DNA from: a virus | Taxonomy: Duplodnaviria; Caudoviricetes | Reading direction: 5' to 3' (one strand) | DNA length: 64,000 nucleotides | Virus record (IMG/VR): IMGVR_UViG_3300033463_000015 | Shown here: in pieces, positions 25,846 to 40,000 of the stretch | Layout of the letters: every line of letters starts with the position of its first letter | How positions within the stretch are numbered: the stretch's first letter is position 1 | Translations under genes and position numbers: made by a program | The notes under the pieces: generated by a model | Databases searched by the model: none | What the model was told of the DNA's origin: nothing | Seen by the model: only the letters and a program-made list of their open reading frames with translations

Positions 25846-27335
25846 ATTTTCTTTTCAAGTTCATTAACTCTATTTGCTAGCTCTGCTAATAAAACTTTAA
25901 TATTATTTAGTTCTTCTTCAATCAATGTATTGTCATTATCATCATCGTCAGGTTCTTCAATAATTACAGGCGTCTCATCTACAGGCTTAATTCTACTTTC
26001 AAGTAAAGTCCAAGTCTGCTTGCCGACTATGCCATCTATTAATAAACCTTCTTTCTATTGGAAAGCACGAACTGCTGCATCAGTTTTCGCGCCAAAAGCG
26101 CCGTCTGCTAAACCGCAATCATAACCAAGCGCTTTTAACATAGTTTGAAGTTGCTGAACCTCTGTTCCTTTGCTACCTTTTTTAAGTGTCTTCATAACTT
26201 TTACCTCCCCGGCATTGTTAATTTCTTTATTATCATATAGTCCTACTGGTATGGCATAATGAGTCCAAGCTTTATCGGCTACAGATCCGTGCTATACATT
26301 TACAGAACAGTGAATAATTTCACCATCACCAATATGTAAGCCAGTATGTGCCATCTTACCAGTTGATTTATTATATTGGAATACACAACATACAACATTA
26401 GGCATATCTTTAATCTCGCCTTTTTGTACCCAGTTGGGATTATGGTTATACTGTGAAGTACATCCGCCGCCTTCAAGAGCAACGGCTCCGGCTTCTTTTA
26501 AGCAGTAATAAGTAAAACCACGGCAATCGAAACACTTTGTGCCATTCCACTTGCACTTTTCACACGCGCCGTCTTTGGTACCATTAAGTACCTGACATTT
26601 ACTTATAATAGTTGGATGGTCACTTCTTGCTCTACGTTTTCTATTAGCAGGAGTGCAAGCCTCTCCCCAGGCGCCGAACACGTATGGCCATCCCATACAG
26701 CCCTTGGCAATCTCTACTGCCTTCTATGCTTTTACACTCATTTCTTTCACCCCTGTGGCTCCATATTCACCCATAAGGGTGGTATTTGGATAATAAAATT
26801 CAAGTATCTATTTATATGTGAAGCCTTGACTTGCGGCATATCTAGCACCCCGCTAGCTCATACCTACACCGTGGCCAGTTTTGCTGCCACCTGCGGCTGC
26901 ATCCCAAGGGTCATCATATGCTAGCAAGTATCCTCTTACACCGCCCCAACGTTCTTGACTTGATACTGTGCGGCCGCCATTACTTGCAGAGAACACAGTG
27001 CTTGCGGCTTTACCGCCATAAAATAATACTTGTCCTGCAGTTGCATTAGTTGCATCAATACAATTCTAATATTTACTACTATAGCGTGGAGCTCTATAGG
27101 CTTGGGCGCTAGATGATGCGTCTGAAATTGGCGTTCCATTTAATACTCCACGAGACATTGCATAGGTGCGGCTAGCTACTGCTTGAGCCTTTAAGGCTTC
27201 TGGACCGCCAGAGGCAAATTCTGATGCTACTACTGCGGCGACATATTGTTCAAATTCAACTTGTACAGTATCACCAACATTACAGCCAAAGTAATTAGCA
27301 TTTTCTGTTCTTGTTATTTTTACTGATATTAACAT
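25827..27335 (-). CDS. Modular endolysin: SpoIID/LytB + NlpC/P60-like + PG_binding_1 + coiled coil, 502 aa with TAG=Gln
   Basis: One frame with 6 TAG. SpoIID: VASE...EALKAQAVASRTY, FSASNGG, GHGVGMS(TAG)RGA, ILEFYYP. NlpC/P60-like: GWPYVFGA...FDCRGF...HTGL...IHCS. PG-binding: LKKGSKG.EV..LQ..L...GY...DG.FG.KT..AVRAFQ...DGIVG..TW. RBS GAGGTGAGG. Confidence 0.88.
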
Positions 27336-27515
27336 AATACCTCACCTCTTATAAAGGAGTGATAAAATGACAAAATAAAATTATTATTTTCTGCGACGGG
27401 CAAGAAAAAAGTATAGGTTGTTGTAGGACCTATTACACATACAATGAAATGAGATATTATCTCATAATGGAGTACGCATCGTAAGGATGCGATTTTTATA
27501 AGGAGGTAAAGGTTT

Positions 27516-30500
27516 ATGGCTAAAATTAATCAATATTCTCCTACTAACTGGACTGGCGGCGATGAAATTACTGCGGATAGTTTAAATAATATTGAAGCAG
27601 GCATACGTGATGCAACAGCCGCAATTGTTGAAGCCCAGAATGGAGATTAGTCATTACATTAGAGAATTAGTGCTATTGAAAGTGCTACTGGCGTAGATTA
27701 TGGTGACAGTATTAGTAGCTTAAGAACAGATGTTAATAATTTATCTAATTCTTTAACTACTATATAGGGCCAATATACAACTATTGCTGGTAATATTCCA
27801 GCTAATTTATAGGCCACACTTGCTGCAAAAGCTAATAGTAGCGATGTAAATAGTACTCTGGATACTTTAACTGCGGCAATTAATACTATAAAAACTGCCG
27901 TTGATGGATATAATGATACTGAAAATGAAGTATTAGCCGCGCATTCTAGTTTAGCTTTAAATACCGATTATGCTAGTTTAGATGCACGTTTTGAAGCTAT
28001 TGAAACCACTATGAATTCTGCTGGAGCTACGACTAGTGGGTTAGGAACTAGAGTTACCGCTCTTGAAAATGCAATGCCAAACAAAGCTTCTGCAACTGAT
28101 TTAGCTACATTAGCAAACGCAGTTAATGATACTACAACTGGTTTGGCCGCCACAAAAGCTATTGCAGATGCGGCGGTTACCAGTGAAGAACTCACTAGTG
28201 CGTTAAGTAGTAAAGCAAGTACTACTACTACCGATGCATTAGATACTCGACTTGATGCTATTGATGGTGGAGCCGCATTAACTGGTAATACACTTGTATC
28301 AAGAGTAACTGCATTAGAAAATAATCCATCTTCTGCTACTGTAATCATTAATAAAAATTTAATTATTTATAATAATAATGGAATTCCTATTGATATTGGG
28401 CAAGAAGTTAGTGCTGATAAAGACTATTTATTATAGGGTACTGATGATAAATATTATTATTGGAAGTATATAAATGATAATTGGTAGTTAATTAGCGGTG
28501 CTGGCGGAAATAATGATGATTTAACAGAGGATATTAAAAAATATAATATTATTAAATATACTAATGATGAAGAAGTATCTTATTTATATTTCTTTGAATA
28601 TGATTATGGTTATGATAATTCTTTAGATGATACATTAGCACAGCAATTTACTAATTGGACTTCTGGAACTACTTATTCAGTAAATGATTATGTGCTATAT
28701 AATAATTATATTTATCAATGTATTACTGCAAATTCCGATGCTACATGGGACGTTACACATTGGAACAATCTTCATGTTAAACTATTAAATACTATTGAAT
28801 TACCGCAAGGAGGCGGAGGCACTGTATCAAATACAATTACTATCTCTAATTTAGTTCGTCCAACAAACGTTAGTAATGGTGCCGATGCTATATTTAGTTT
28901 TACTGCGATCACTAATGATGAAAGTGATATTACTAGTATTAAATGGTATGTAGATGGTATTGAAATATCACCTAATGAGGCAGTTGAAATGATACCAGCT
29001 AGTGGATGGGGCATTAGCGGGACAACCTTTAAATTTAATGCTAAAGGTCTTTTAAAAGAATCTGATAGAAGTACCGTACGTGTTGAAATGATAAGTGAAG
29101 GAGCGGCGACTTTTTCTCGCTCTTGGCCAATTCAAAGTAATGAATTTTCTATTAGTTGGAATAATACTATTTAGCCAATTATGTTATATACTAATGGAAA
29201 TGCTGTATCTACTATTGTTAATGTTATTGCTGCAGCAAATAGCAGTAATATTGTAGAAATAACAGTAAATAATCATAGTAAATCTTAGACTGTTATTGGC
29301 ACTAATAATGTAACGTTTAGTTTAAACGCAGAATGGTTTAATAGTGGTAAAAATACTGTTACAGCAAAATTAAGAAATCCAGCAGATGAAAATGAGGAGA
29401 ATGTAAAAACAATTCATTATATCGCATTATGGGGATATAATGCTACTACTCCATTGATTGCATTTGCTGACAGTGAATTTGAAGGGCAACAATATGAAGA
29501 AATTTTAATTAATTATTATGCTTATAACCCTACTAATGAATCCACTACAATCACTCTTACTTTTAATGATAGCAATTCTAATCCTATATCTCGCACTGCT
29601 GTAGTTGGGCGTGAAATGCAAACATATAGATATACTTCTAATAATGTTGGTACGGTTACTGCACAATTAACTACTACTTATGAAGTAAATGAAACTATAC
29701 AGGCAGTAAATGACACAGCAACGATAAGAATTAGTGCGAGTTCTTATAATTTAGGAATTGTTAGTGGAGAAAATTTACAATATAATTTTGATCCAAATGG
29801 TCGTAGTAATAATGATTTGGATAGAACATAGTTTGCTGGTAATATTATTTTTAGCGAAAATTTTGACTGGATTAACGGCGGCTTTAAACAAGATCCAAAT
29901 GGTTCAACCGCTTTTGTGGTTAAAAAAGGAAATACAATTACATTACCACGAACATTATTTTTAGAAGATGATGATAATGGTAAAACTATTGATATTTGTT
30001 TTAAAGTTGCTAATAGTGATATATATGATGCTGAAGCTATACGAGATATTGATAGTAATTCTAGTAAAGGTATCGTATTAAAAGCAAATTATGGAGAACT
30101 TTATTTAAATAATAGTACTCCATAGATTTTTAGATATTGTGAAGAAAATAGAATTGATATGTCAATACATGTAGAGGGAACAGTAAATCAAAGAATAGTT
30201 ACCGTTTGGCTCGACGGCATTCCTAGTTATGTAGGAGAGTATACAAGTGAAATGCTTGAACAAAAAAATACTGCTGCTACTATAATTGGAAGTGAACATT
30301 GCGATGTATGGGTATATGCTATTAGAGTATATAATTCAGCATTATCTGAAAAAGATATGGTACAAAATTATATTGCTAATGGTGTTAACATTAATGATAA
30401 AATTAAACGCTATACTGAAAACAATATTTATGGTAGTAGAATAAAGACTGTTTCTGGCCAAGGCATCGAATATTATTCTCATACTGAAATTACTCCAGAA

Positions 30501-33500
30501 CAATTACATATAGCTATGCCTGATTTAACTATTGTTGAAATTGAAGCTGACAGAATGACAAAAACAAAGTCTGATCCTGTACCAGCGCATGTTATCATTA
30601 CTGATCGTATTTAGACAACGGAAGGAAATAAAGTTTCTTATGAAGATCGAATAACTGAATTAAACGCAGCAACCACTGATACAAGTAAGGACGGCTGTTT
30701 GTTTAAAGTTCAAGGTACTAGTTCAGTTGCTTATGCACGCTCTGCATTAAATTTAGATATTGATTTTAAAAATTGTAAAGATGCAAATCAAAATAGTATT
30801 AAATATAAAATTTCTGATAGTTCTATTGGAGTTAATTATTTTAATATTAAGGCTAATGTTGCATCAAGTGAAAATGCTAATAATGTATGCGCAGTAGATT
30901 GGTATAATACCTACCAGCCATTCAAAATTGAAGCAAGGAAAGAAAACAGTTCTGTACGTGATACGATAGAAGCAAAGCCTTGTGCCGTTTTCTTTAAAAA
31001 TACAAGCGCAAATACAATATGGATCGGTAGTTAGTAGGTCGCGCCTGGTGAACAAACACTATATTTTATGGGCGATTTATGTAATAGTAAAAAGAATCTT
31101 GAAGTATTTGGAGAAGATGGCACTGGAGAACATTATACTAAATGCTGTATTGAAGATAGCGGTAATGATACACTAGAACAAAGATTCTTGGCCGCACCTG
31201 TATATAATAATGAAAATGATCAATGGGATAGTTATGATCAAAGTCAAGGAAAATATGTAAAGCATTTTGAATGGCGGATGGAGCCAAATGAAAATGATAA
31301 GCAAGCTTGCATTACTGCTTGGACTGAAACTGCTACTTGGGTGGTAAGCACTATTAATAATCCAGAAAAATTTAAAGCTGAGTTTGACCAATATTTTATA
31401 TCTCAAGCAATGCTTTATCATTTCTTAATGATTGAATATTTTGCTGCATATGATAATGTAAGCAAAAATACTTTCTATAGTTTTGATTGGGATGAGAATG
31501 CCGATTAGACAAAATGGGGTGGCTATCGTTGGAGTATTAACAAAGCATATGACTGGGATACCATTTTAGCATATGATAATGATGGCAAACCTTTAGGTGA
31601 CTATGGCGTAGATTTTGGTGACACTGAAAATGGAAAATCTTTGTTTAATGCAGCGGATAATCCTATTTGGAATAATATTCAAACTGCTTATAAAAATGAA
31701 TTAAATGCTTTATATATACAACTAAGAGGCCAAGGCGCTTGGAATTCTAATGTAATCGCATAGAAATGGAATGAATATCAAGCATTAAGACCACATGCAG
31801 CAATGGTAAGAGATGCATATGTAAAATATATTTATCCTTATAAAACAACAGGAGTTATTATAGATACAAATCCATTAGGATATGATAATAACTACATTGG
31901 CCGCCTTGCAGGTAGTAAAATTTACCAACGTACTCAATATTTTACTTATCAAACAAGTTATATGGACGGTAAATATAGTTATTATAATCAAAATGATGCT
32001 TTATAGTTTAGAACTAATGGTACTGCAGGTACTAAAAACTTTACTGTAAAAAGCTATGCTAAAACTTATATGACTTTAATTAAAGATGGGCAGTCTTTAG
32101 GTAGCTTAAAAGTTGAAAAAGGAGCAGAAGTAATCTTCTAGAATGCTACTGTAGGTAATAATACTACAATGTATTTAACTCCAGATAGATTAGTATAGTA
32201 CATTCGTCCTTTAAATGAAACTCAAAACTCAACTTTCGTAGCTTCTGGCGCAAATAAACTAATGGAAGTAGTATTGGGCGGAAATGAAATTAATAGTTCA
32301 TGGTCAAATACAAGCAATATTGTCGTTCCATCTCCTATTTTAAAAATTATAGATTTACATAATATTACGACATTTGCTAGTGCTTTAAATTTAAGCACAA
32401 ATACAGAATTAACAACTATTGATACACGAAATACTAATGCAGGTAATATTACTATAGCACCTTATGCACCTTTAACTAGTGTATATTTAAATGCTTGTTC
32501 AGGTTTAACTTTAAGTTATATTAATACTATAACAAATAGTAATAATTTTACCATAGAGAGTGGAGAAAATCTTTCTTACATTAGAATAGAAGATTGTAAC
32601 TATATTATAATGTCAAAAATAATAGATGCTCTTGAAGCAGAATTAGAAACAAAAGATTTCTCACAAATTAGTGTACGTATAACTGGACTTCATGGTGCAA
32701 ATGGTAATAATACTCCATTCCAATTATCTAGTACAGAATTATTAAATAAATTGCAAAGTGCTAAAGCGATAGACGCGCTTGGTAATAGTGGAATAGCTCC
32801 TTGTGCATTAACGGGACGCGTACATGTGCCAACTATTGGGTCTGTTGAACTTACTCATTTTAATACAATTTGGCCTAATCTTACAATTACTTATGATGAA
32901 TAGATACAATAGCAAACTATAAGATGTGTAGATGAGGATGAAGAAACAGAATTATGTTCTTTCTAGGTACAAGCGGGTAGTAATTTAATTGATCCGTACG
33001 TATCAGGCGAACTTCAAATTGTTCCTACTAAAACTGCTGATATACAATATTCTTATATATTCGGTGAGTTAGACTAGGGTGAATATATACCATTCTCTGG
33101 ATGGCGCTTAGCAGATATGAACGAATCAATTTATTCTATTTATGGTAGTACCCCCTCTATACAAGTTACTGATACTGTAACATTAATTGCTACATATACA
33201 CGTGTTCCATAGCAATATGTAGTAAGATGGATGTTAGATGCTACTCACGAAGTTTATCGTACACCAACGGCCTATAATTATGGTAGTGGATACGCATTGT
33301 CTGCACCTACTATGTAGTATATTCATGATAAAGGTCTTAGTACGACTACATTTAGCGGCTCTGGCTCTACTTGTAGTTATAGTATTATGACTGGATGGGA
33401 AAAATTGCCGACAAATATAACTCCAACTACAGCTGGCGGAACATATGATATTTATGCTACTTGGTTAAATAGAACCAATGTAAATATTAATGACGTTCTT

Positions 33501-35123
33501 ACTAGTAATAATTATGATGTAGCAGAAAAGTTACTAGTTCTAAAAAATATGCAAGCCGCGCGTTCAACATTGTCACTTCAAGATTTATTCCCTGTAGTAA
33601 TGGGTTATAATGGTTCAGTTGAAGGCTATTCTTTAGTAAGTAATCCAATACGTTATACTGGTACTTCAACAACTATTAATGATTATACACCATTCGCGGC
33701 CAATAAGAGTTTTACAATCGCTATTGACTATAAATTTAATTAGGAATAGAATTCTACTGCAGATGAAGCAGTACTATTATCTTGTTATGATTCTACTGGT
33801 GATAGTAAACAAGGCTTTAAACTATTTTATAATCCTCGTAGTGCTTCTCCAGTCCCATAGATTAGTTTTGGTGATACTGCGGCGGCCTATAGTTCTACTA
33901 ATATACGTACAATTGGCAACTCTATTACAAATCGTGGTATGATAGTATTACGGCATTAGGCAAATGATAAAACTTTATACATTTATATTGGTTCAGATAA
34001 CACTGGATTAGCAACAGAATATTCTAGTAGTGCTTTTAGAAAAACCATTACTAATTAGAATTTTGTTCCTAATACAAATGCTCATATTGTACTTGGAGGC
34101 ATTAATGCTGGAGGAGATACATCTATAACTAATGCTCGAGGTACGCTTTACTCGGTAAAGTACTGGGAAGAAGACTTAGGAGAAGGAGAATGCATGCAAT
34201 TAGCGAGTTGGTGCCACGAGACAATACATTTTGCGGTTTCAGATTATAACGGAGCCACTGCTCATAGTGCTATTAACTCTACTTTAAACGCTTCAGTTGT
34301 ATTACATGCATTAAATGAATCACAAATGGGAACTATTACCGAGCCTAAAATCTCAAGAGCTGACGCACCGAACAATCCCACTATTGGTTGGCAGCCGTCA
34401 ACGGTACGTGATTTTTATAACAATCGTATATATAACGGTTTGCCTGTATTATTATAGAGTATTATTAATTCTGTATCTATCCCTTATAAAATTGCTTCTT
34501 ATAATCAGGAATCTGGATACATTATCAATTAGAGTGGTGTAAATATATCTAAAGATTATGTATTTGCTCCTTCCTGTGTTGAATTAGGAGAAAATCGTGG
34601 TAATCATTCTGTTGAGGCGTCGGGTCCATTCAGTTGGAATAACGCATCTTAGATGACAACTTTAATTTATAATGAAGGCAGCTTTGAAAATGGGAATGGT
34701 AATGTTAATTATAGTCGTTTAAGATTCCCATATAAAAATATTCTACTTAATCCATCTGCAACAGTATATACGAAATTTCCAACTACTCTTGGTAGCTTCT
34801 ATACTTGGGCATCAGAAAATTCAATCACCCTTAAAGAAGGGGATATTTTAATTCCTGAAAATAGTTTAGTTGCTTATATTTATGTATCAACTGCATCAGT
34901 TAATGCTGGAGCACCAATCATTACTGATACATCTTCAAAAGCATATTTAGCTACTAATAATGGCGGTTGGATTGAATCTAAAGGTTGGTGGACTCGTTCT
35001 GTACTTGATACTAATAGTGCGGGGCAGATTAATAAGTTTATTTATATTGATACATTAGGTGCCTTAATTACTTCAAGTAATACTGAAAATGTTCATGGTA
35101 TTAATTGTTCTATTGCAATTTAA
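27516..35123 (+). CDS. Giant virion/tail-associated protein with CotH-kinase-like, LamG-like and LRR-like regions, 2535 aa with TAG=Gln
   Basis: Twelve track fragments lie in one frame, and the gaps I read contain only TAG (about 32), no TAA or TGA. RBS AGGAGGT. Motifs NFDWINGG, VQGTSS..Y, KANVASSENANN, DNVSKNTF, YDWDT.LAYDNDG. Confidence 0.85.
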
Positions 35124-35137
35124 AGAGGTGAGAATGT

Positions 35138-35866
35138 ATGACTTATTATAAAATCATTGTTAATAATCAAATTATTGGCGTTGCCACTTCTATGAATTGC
35201 CTTCGTTTTTAGAATAAGCATTTAACATTGGAGCGAACAATGGATGATTTAGCCGAATATATTGAATGCGTGGATCAATTATATCATGCAACTTGGATGG
35301 CGCCAATAAAGACAAATTTATATCATTATGTTGTGGCAGCTATTATAGAGGTTTCTGAAGAAGAGTATGCTATACTAGTCCCAGCAATTGAAGACAGCCC
35401 TATTCCTATTGAAGAGGATGAAGAAGAACAACCGATTATTTCTAATGAAGATCCAGATATTACAGTTGAATTTGTTCGTGAAGCAAAGATAAATAAAATG
35501 TCACAAACTTGTAATCAAGTAATTGAAGCCGGCTTCGACATTGAACTTAGTGGTAAGATAGAGCATTTTTCCCTTACCACCCAAGACCAACTTAACCTTA
35601 TCTCCTTATCCTCAATGGCGGCGAATGGTATGGAAGCAATTCCATACCACGCCGACGGGGAGATTTGTCGTTTCTATTCTAATGCAGAAATGCAGGCGAT
35701 AGTTGCAAGGGCAACTGCTTTCAAAATCTACCACACCACATATTATAATGCGTTAAAAAATTATATTAATTCTTTAGACACGATTGAGGCTATTGCGGCG
35801 ATTACCTATGGTGTTGAATTGCCAGAAGCTTATCAATCTGATGTTCTAAAGTCATTACAGCAATGA
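35138..35866 (+). CDS. Tail-fibre-associated protein (DUF4376-like), 1 TAG
   Basis: RBS GAGGTG. FSLTTQDQLNL...YHADGE.CRFYS. Confidence 0.7.
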
Positions 35867-36282
35867 AAAAAGTAATAAAAGATACTGCCATTTTTATAAT
35901 ATTTGGCACTATCTATTTTCTTCTTGAATGCATATGGAAGGGCCATCCTTCACACTATACCATGTTTATATTAGGCGGCATGATGGGCCTTGTAGTAGGC
36001 GGTCTAAATGAATGGTATAGTTGGGATTTGCCCTTCCATATATAGTGTATATGTGGTGCGGCTTTGGTAACTGCAGGAGAAGGCATATTTGGTTTAATAC
36101 TAAATAAATTATTACACTTAAATATATGGGATTATAGTCATACTTGGGGTAGATTTTTCTTTGACCAATGTAGCATTCCATTCACATTACTCTGGTTATT
36201 ATTATCAGCAATATGCATATTACTTGATGATTTCATTAGATGGAAGTTATTCGGTGAAGAAAAACCTCATTATAGATTTTGA
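35863..36282 (+). CDS. Membrane protein (putative ABC-transporter type IV permease-like family), 1 TAG
   Basis: Two fragments joined by TAG. LECIWKG..HYTMFILGG...IWDYS...QCSIPF. Confidence 0.65.
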
Positions 36283-36353
36283 CGCAAAATACTATAACTC
36301 CCTACTATAATTATCACTTTCAATTTAGAGGTCTCTTATGACTGAAAATGTTA

Positions 36354-36386
36354 GGGGATGTACTTAAAGTACGTCCCCATTTTTTT
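36354..36386 (+). terminator. Intrinsic terminator-like hairpin
   Basis: GGGGATGTACT-TAA-AGTACGTCCCC plus ATTTTTTT. Confidence 0.6.
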
Positions 36387-36419
36387 AATAATAATAAATA
36401 ATAGAGGTCGGTGATAGCT

Positions 36420-39400
36420 ATGATAAGGCTTATACAACGACGCTTAATTATCCCGCGTGGAGACACGGGAACATTTACTGTGCCTTTGTTAGCCACGGCC
36501 TAGACTGGTGATGTATAGGTATTCACTATTTTTGATGAGAAGACTTAGAAAAAGGTTTTTGAGAAAATAGTAGAGGTTAGCGGCGAAACAATGGAAATTG
36601 TTTTTAGCCACGCCGATACTGTAAATTTACCGGTTGGTGATTATGTTTGGGATATTAAGTTTTACAAAGACCCTGATATTGTCGATGGAGTGGTGACAAA
36701 TGGCACCGAAATTGACTCTTATTATGCGGCTTTTAAGTTGCCTGTTTGTGAGATTAGATAGACAGGCGATACTTTATTGACTGCCGACGATGCTCCTACT
36801 TCTACTATGGCACCGGAGCAGTTGAATATTGTGTTGGCGGCAATGAGCGAGACTAATGCGGCTAAGGCAGATGCGGCAAATAGTGCATCCGCGGCTGAAG
36901 CATCGGCACAAAGTGCGGGTGCGGCGGCAACTGCGGCTAATACTGATGCGGGTCGAGCAGAAGATGCGGCAACAAGTGCCAGCACAAGCGCTTCCGCCGC
37001 CAGCGACTCTGCGACTGCTGCTGATAGCGCTAAGGCTGACACAATTAGTGCGATGAATAGTGCTGTTGCAGCTAATACAGCAGCATAGACGGCATTGAGT
37101 AGTGCTTAGGCGGCGGCAACTACGGCAACTAACAAGGCTGCTGAGGCGACCGCAAGTGCGGCTGCAGCCAGCGATAGCGCTACTGCGGCTTCAACGAGTG
37201 CTTCTGCCGCCAGTTCATCAGCGAATAGTGCGGCATCAAGTGCTAATAGTGCTGCGGCGTCAGTTATTTAGATGGATGCATTAGTAAGAACTATTCCTAC
37301 TAATGTAAGTGAATTTACAAATGATGCGGGTTATATTACATCCGCGGCTTTACCTACTAAGGTAAGTGATTTGACTGATGATAGCGGACATTATACGAAG
37401 CCGGCTGGTGGTATTCCTGCGGCTGATTTGGCTGATGGAGTAGTGCCGGTGTAGGATGTTTAGATTGATGGAACTAGTATTTTAAATAATAGAGTTGTCA
37501 ATATTCCTACTGCAAATGATAATTCATCTGGAGTAGTAAAAATTGATTCATCTTATGGTATACAAATTTCACAAAATGGCTATTTACAAACTGCTATACC
37601 AAGTGATTCTCAAATAAAAAATGCTAATAAAATTGCTGGTACTTATAAACCTATTGTTCCTAGTATATAGCATATATCTACATTTTATGGCTTAGCAAAG
37701 GCTGCTGGGGCTGATATGAAAAATAGTGATAACGCAGTAGGCACCTACACATCCGAAGCCAAAACCGCAATCCAATCAATGCTTGATGTACCGTCAAATG
37801 CAACCGTAACTAGTGCTATTAGCACAGCAATTGGCAATGTAAATTAGTTCAATATATCGGTTGTTTAGGCTCTACCAGAACAAAATATATAGGAGCATAC
37901 TATTTACTTTGTTCCTAAAACTGGTGAGACTAATGATGTATATGATGAGTATATTTATGTAAATAATGGTTGGGAAATGATTGGGAATACACAAATTGAT
38001 TTGAGCAATTATGCTACAAAAGCAGACACCGTACTTGATACAACCCTTAGCCGCGGACGCAAGGCAAATACTACAGTCGGTACCGCCAGCATCGCATTTG
38101 GCGTTGATGCAGAAGCAAGCGGCTATTATTCTACAGCCATTGGTCTAAATACAAGTGCCGTAAGCCAAGGTGCGTTTGCTGAAGGTAAAAATACAACTGC
38201 ACACTATATTGCTCACGCTGAAGGTGAAAATACTGAAGCAAATGGTTCGTGGGCACACAGTGAAGGCGTAGGCACTGTCGCAAATGGGGCAGCATCACAC
38301 GCGGGCGGCGATAGCACAATTGCGAATGGACATTCTTCATTTGTGACTGGTAGATATAATGCGGCTGACAGTTATGATAATTGGGCTTTCTGGGCTGCTA
38401 ATACATCATATGATGTGGGAGATAAGGTAAAGAGAGAACAATTAGTGAATAATGAGCCTACTATTATAGGCTATATTTGTAAAGAAGCAAATACTGATGA
38501 AACTTTTACTATAAGTCATTGGGACTTTGATAGTAATCATATGAACTATTCTGTTATTGTAGGTAATGGCTATGAAGCAGAAGACTCTGAGACACACGAA
38601 GTTGTAAGACACGGTTCTAATGCATATGCTCTTGACTGGGATGGTAACGGCCACTTCGCAGGTGATGTGTATGTTGGCGCTAATGCTGATTCGACAGGCG
38701 GAGAGAAACTTGTAAAAGAAAGCGATGTGCCTGTTGAGAGCGGAAGTGGCGTTGGGAGTGTACAGACAAAAGCATTTGTGTATAGTGGAGTTACTTTTAC
38801 TCAAACGGCAGAAGGTGTTGGATCATTTGCAGAAGGAATAATGACTACCGCTTCTGGAAATTATTCTCACGCAGAAGGAAATGTTACGACCGCTTCTGGT
38901 ACTAATTCTCATGCAGAGGGGCAGCAAACGATAGCTTCTGGGAACAGAGCTCATGCCGAAGGAAATCGTGTAACCGCATCCGGTGCTAATTCTCATGCAG
39001 AGGGTTATTATACTACCTCATCCGGTGCTAATTCTCATGCAGAGGGTTATTATACTACTGCGTCTGCTTCAAGATCTCATGCTGAAGGATGGATGACCGG
39101 AGCTAATGGTATGGCATCTCATTCTGAAGGCGGTGTTACTGACGCGAACGGCAATTGTTCTCATGCCGAGGGAAGCAATACTATTGCTAACGGAGAAAGT
39201 CAGCATGTAGAAGGTGTATATAATGTTCCCGATTCTTTTAGTAATTGGCCAGAATGGGTTGCTAATACTGTCTATTCTGTAGATGATAAAGTAAAAATAA
39301 CAACTACAGTAAATAATGAAACAACTATTGAAGGTTATATTTGTCAAAATGCTAACTCAGATGCAGAGTTTACTACGGCTAATTGGACTAAAAATACAAC

Positions 39401-39575
39401 AATGAATTATGCCCATATTGTAGGTAATGGTTCAGCTTATGGTACTTCAAATGCCTACGCCCTAGATTGGTCCGGTAACGGACACTACGCAGGCGACATA
39501 TATATAAATTGTAATAACGATAGCACTGGCGGCGAAAAGCTAGTGAATGGATTAAAGGTGGTGAGGTTGATATGA
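36420..39575 (+). CDS. Tail fibre / adhesin with Ala/Ser-rich stalk and YadA-like SHAEG head repeats, 1051 aa with TAG=Gln
   Basis: Single frame. All TAGs lie before 37893. 14-aa repeats of A.G..SHAEG..T. Confidence 0.82.
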
Positions 39576-40000
39576 TGTATTTAGGTTAGAATGCTGTGGG
39601 TATTGCGACAAAAATACCTGTTGGAGAAATATATCAGAATACAACCATAGCCCAAGAAAATAATTCACAAACTATTATTTTTAGCAATGTTGAAAATAAA
39701 CCAGACGCTTTTATAGTTGGTGTGATGAATATGTCTGGTATAACACCAAGTGGTTTTTATGGATGTACTGCGGCTTGTGGTGTTTGGACAGAATATCAAG
39801 GTGGCCAGTATGCTGGCGGCCGTGCGACTGGAATAAATCAAAGCAATTAGGAAGACCATTGGCAAATAGCAGCAGGCAATATTACATATGATGCAGACGC
39901 AAAAACATTTACAATTTTTACAAATAGCCCAGTTAGATTTATATCTGGCTGGACATATAAATTAAGTTATTATACTTCGCATAGAGGAGGTGACACCTAA
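39572..40000 (+). CDS. Tail-associated hypothetical protein, 2 TAG
   Basis: ATGA and TAATG overlaps with both neighbours when TAG is read through. Confidence 0.7.

Noticed and set aside
27360-27515. Sporulation-sigma-type late promoter and an RBS-led MTK mini-ORF upstream of the giant gene
   Set aside because: The GTATA...CATACAA spacing (22 nt) does not fit SigF/SigG/SigK consensus. I could not derive a consistent late-promoter motif from 27410, 36290 and 61547, and the mini-ORF has no further support.
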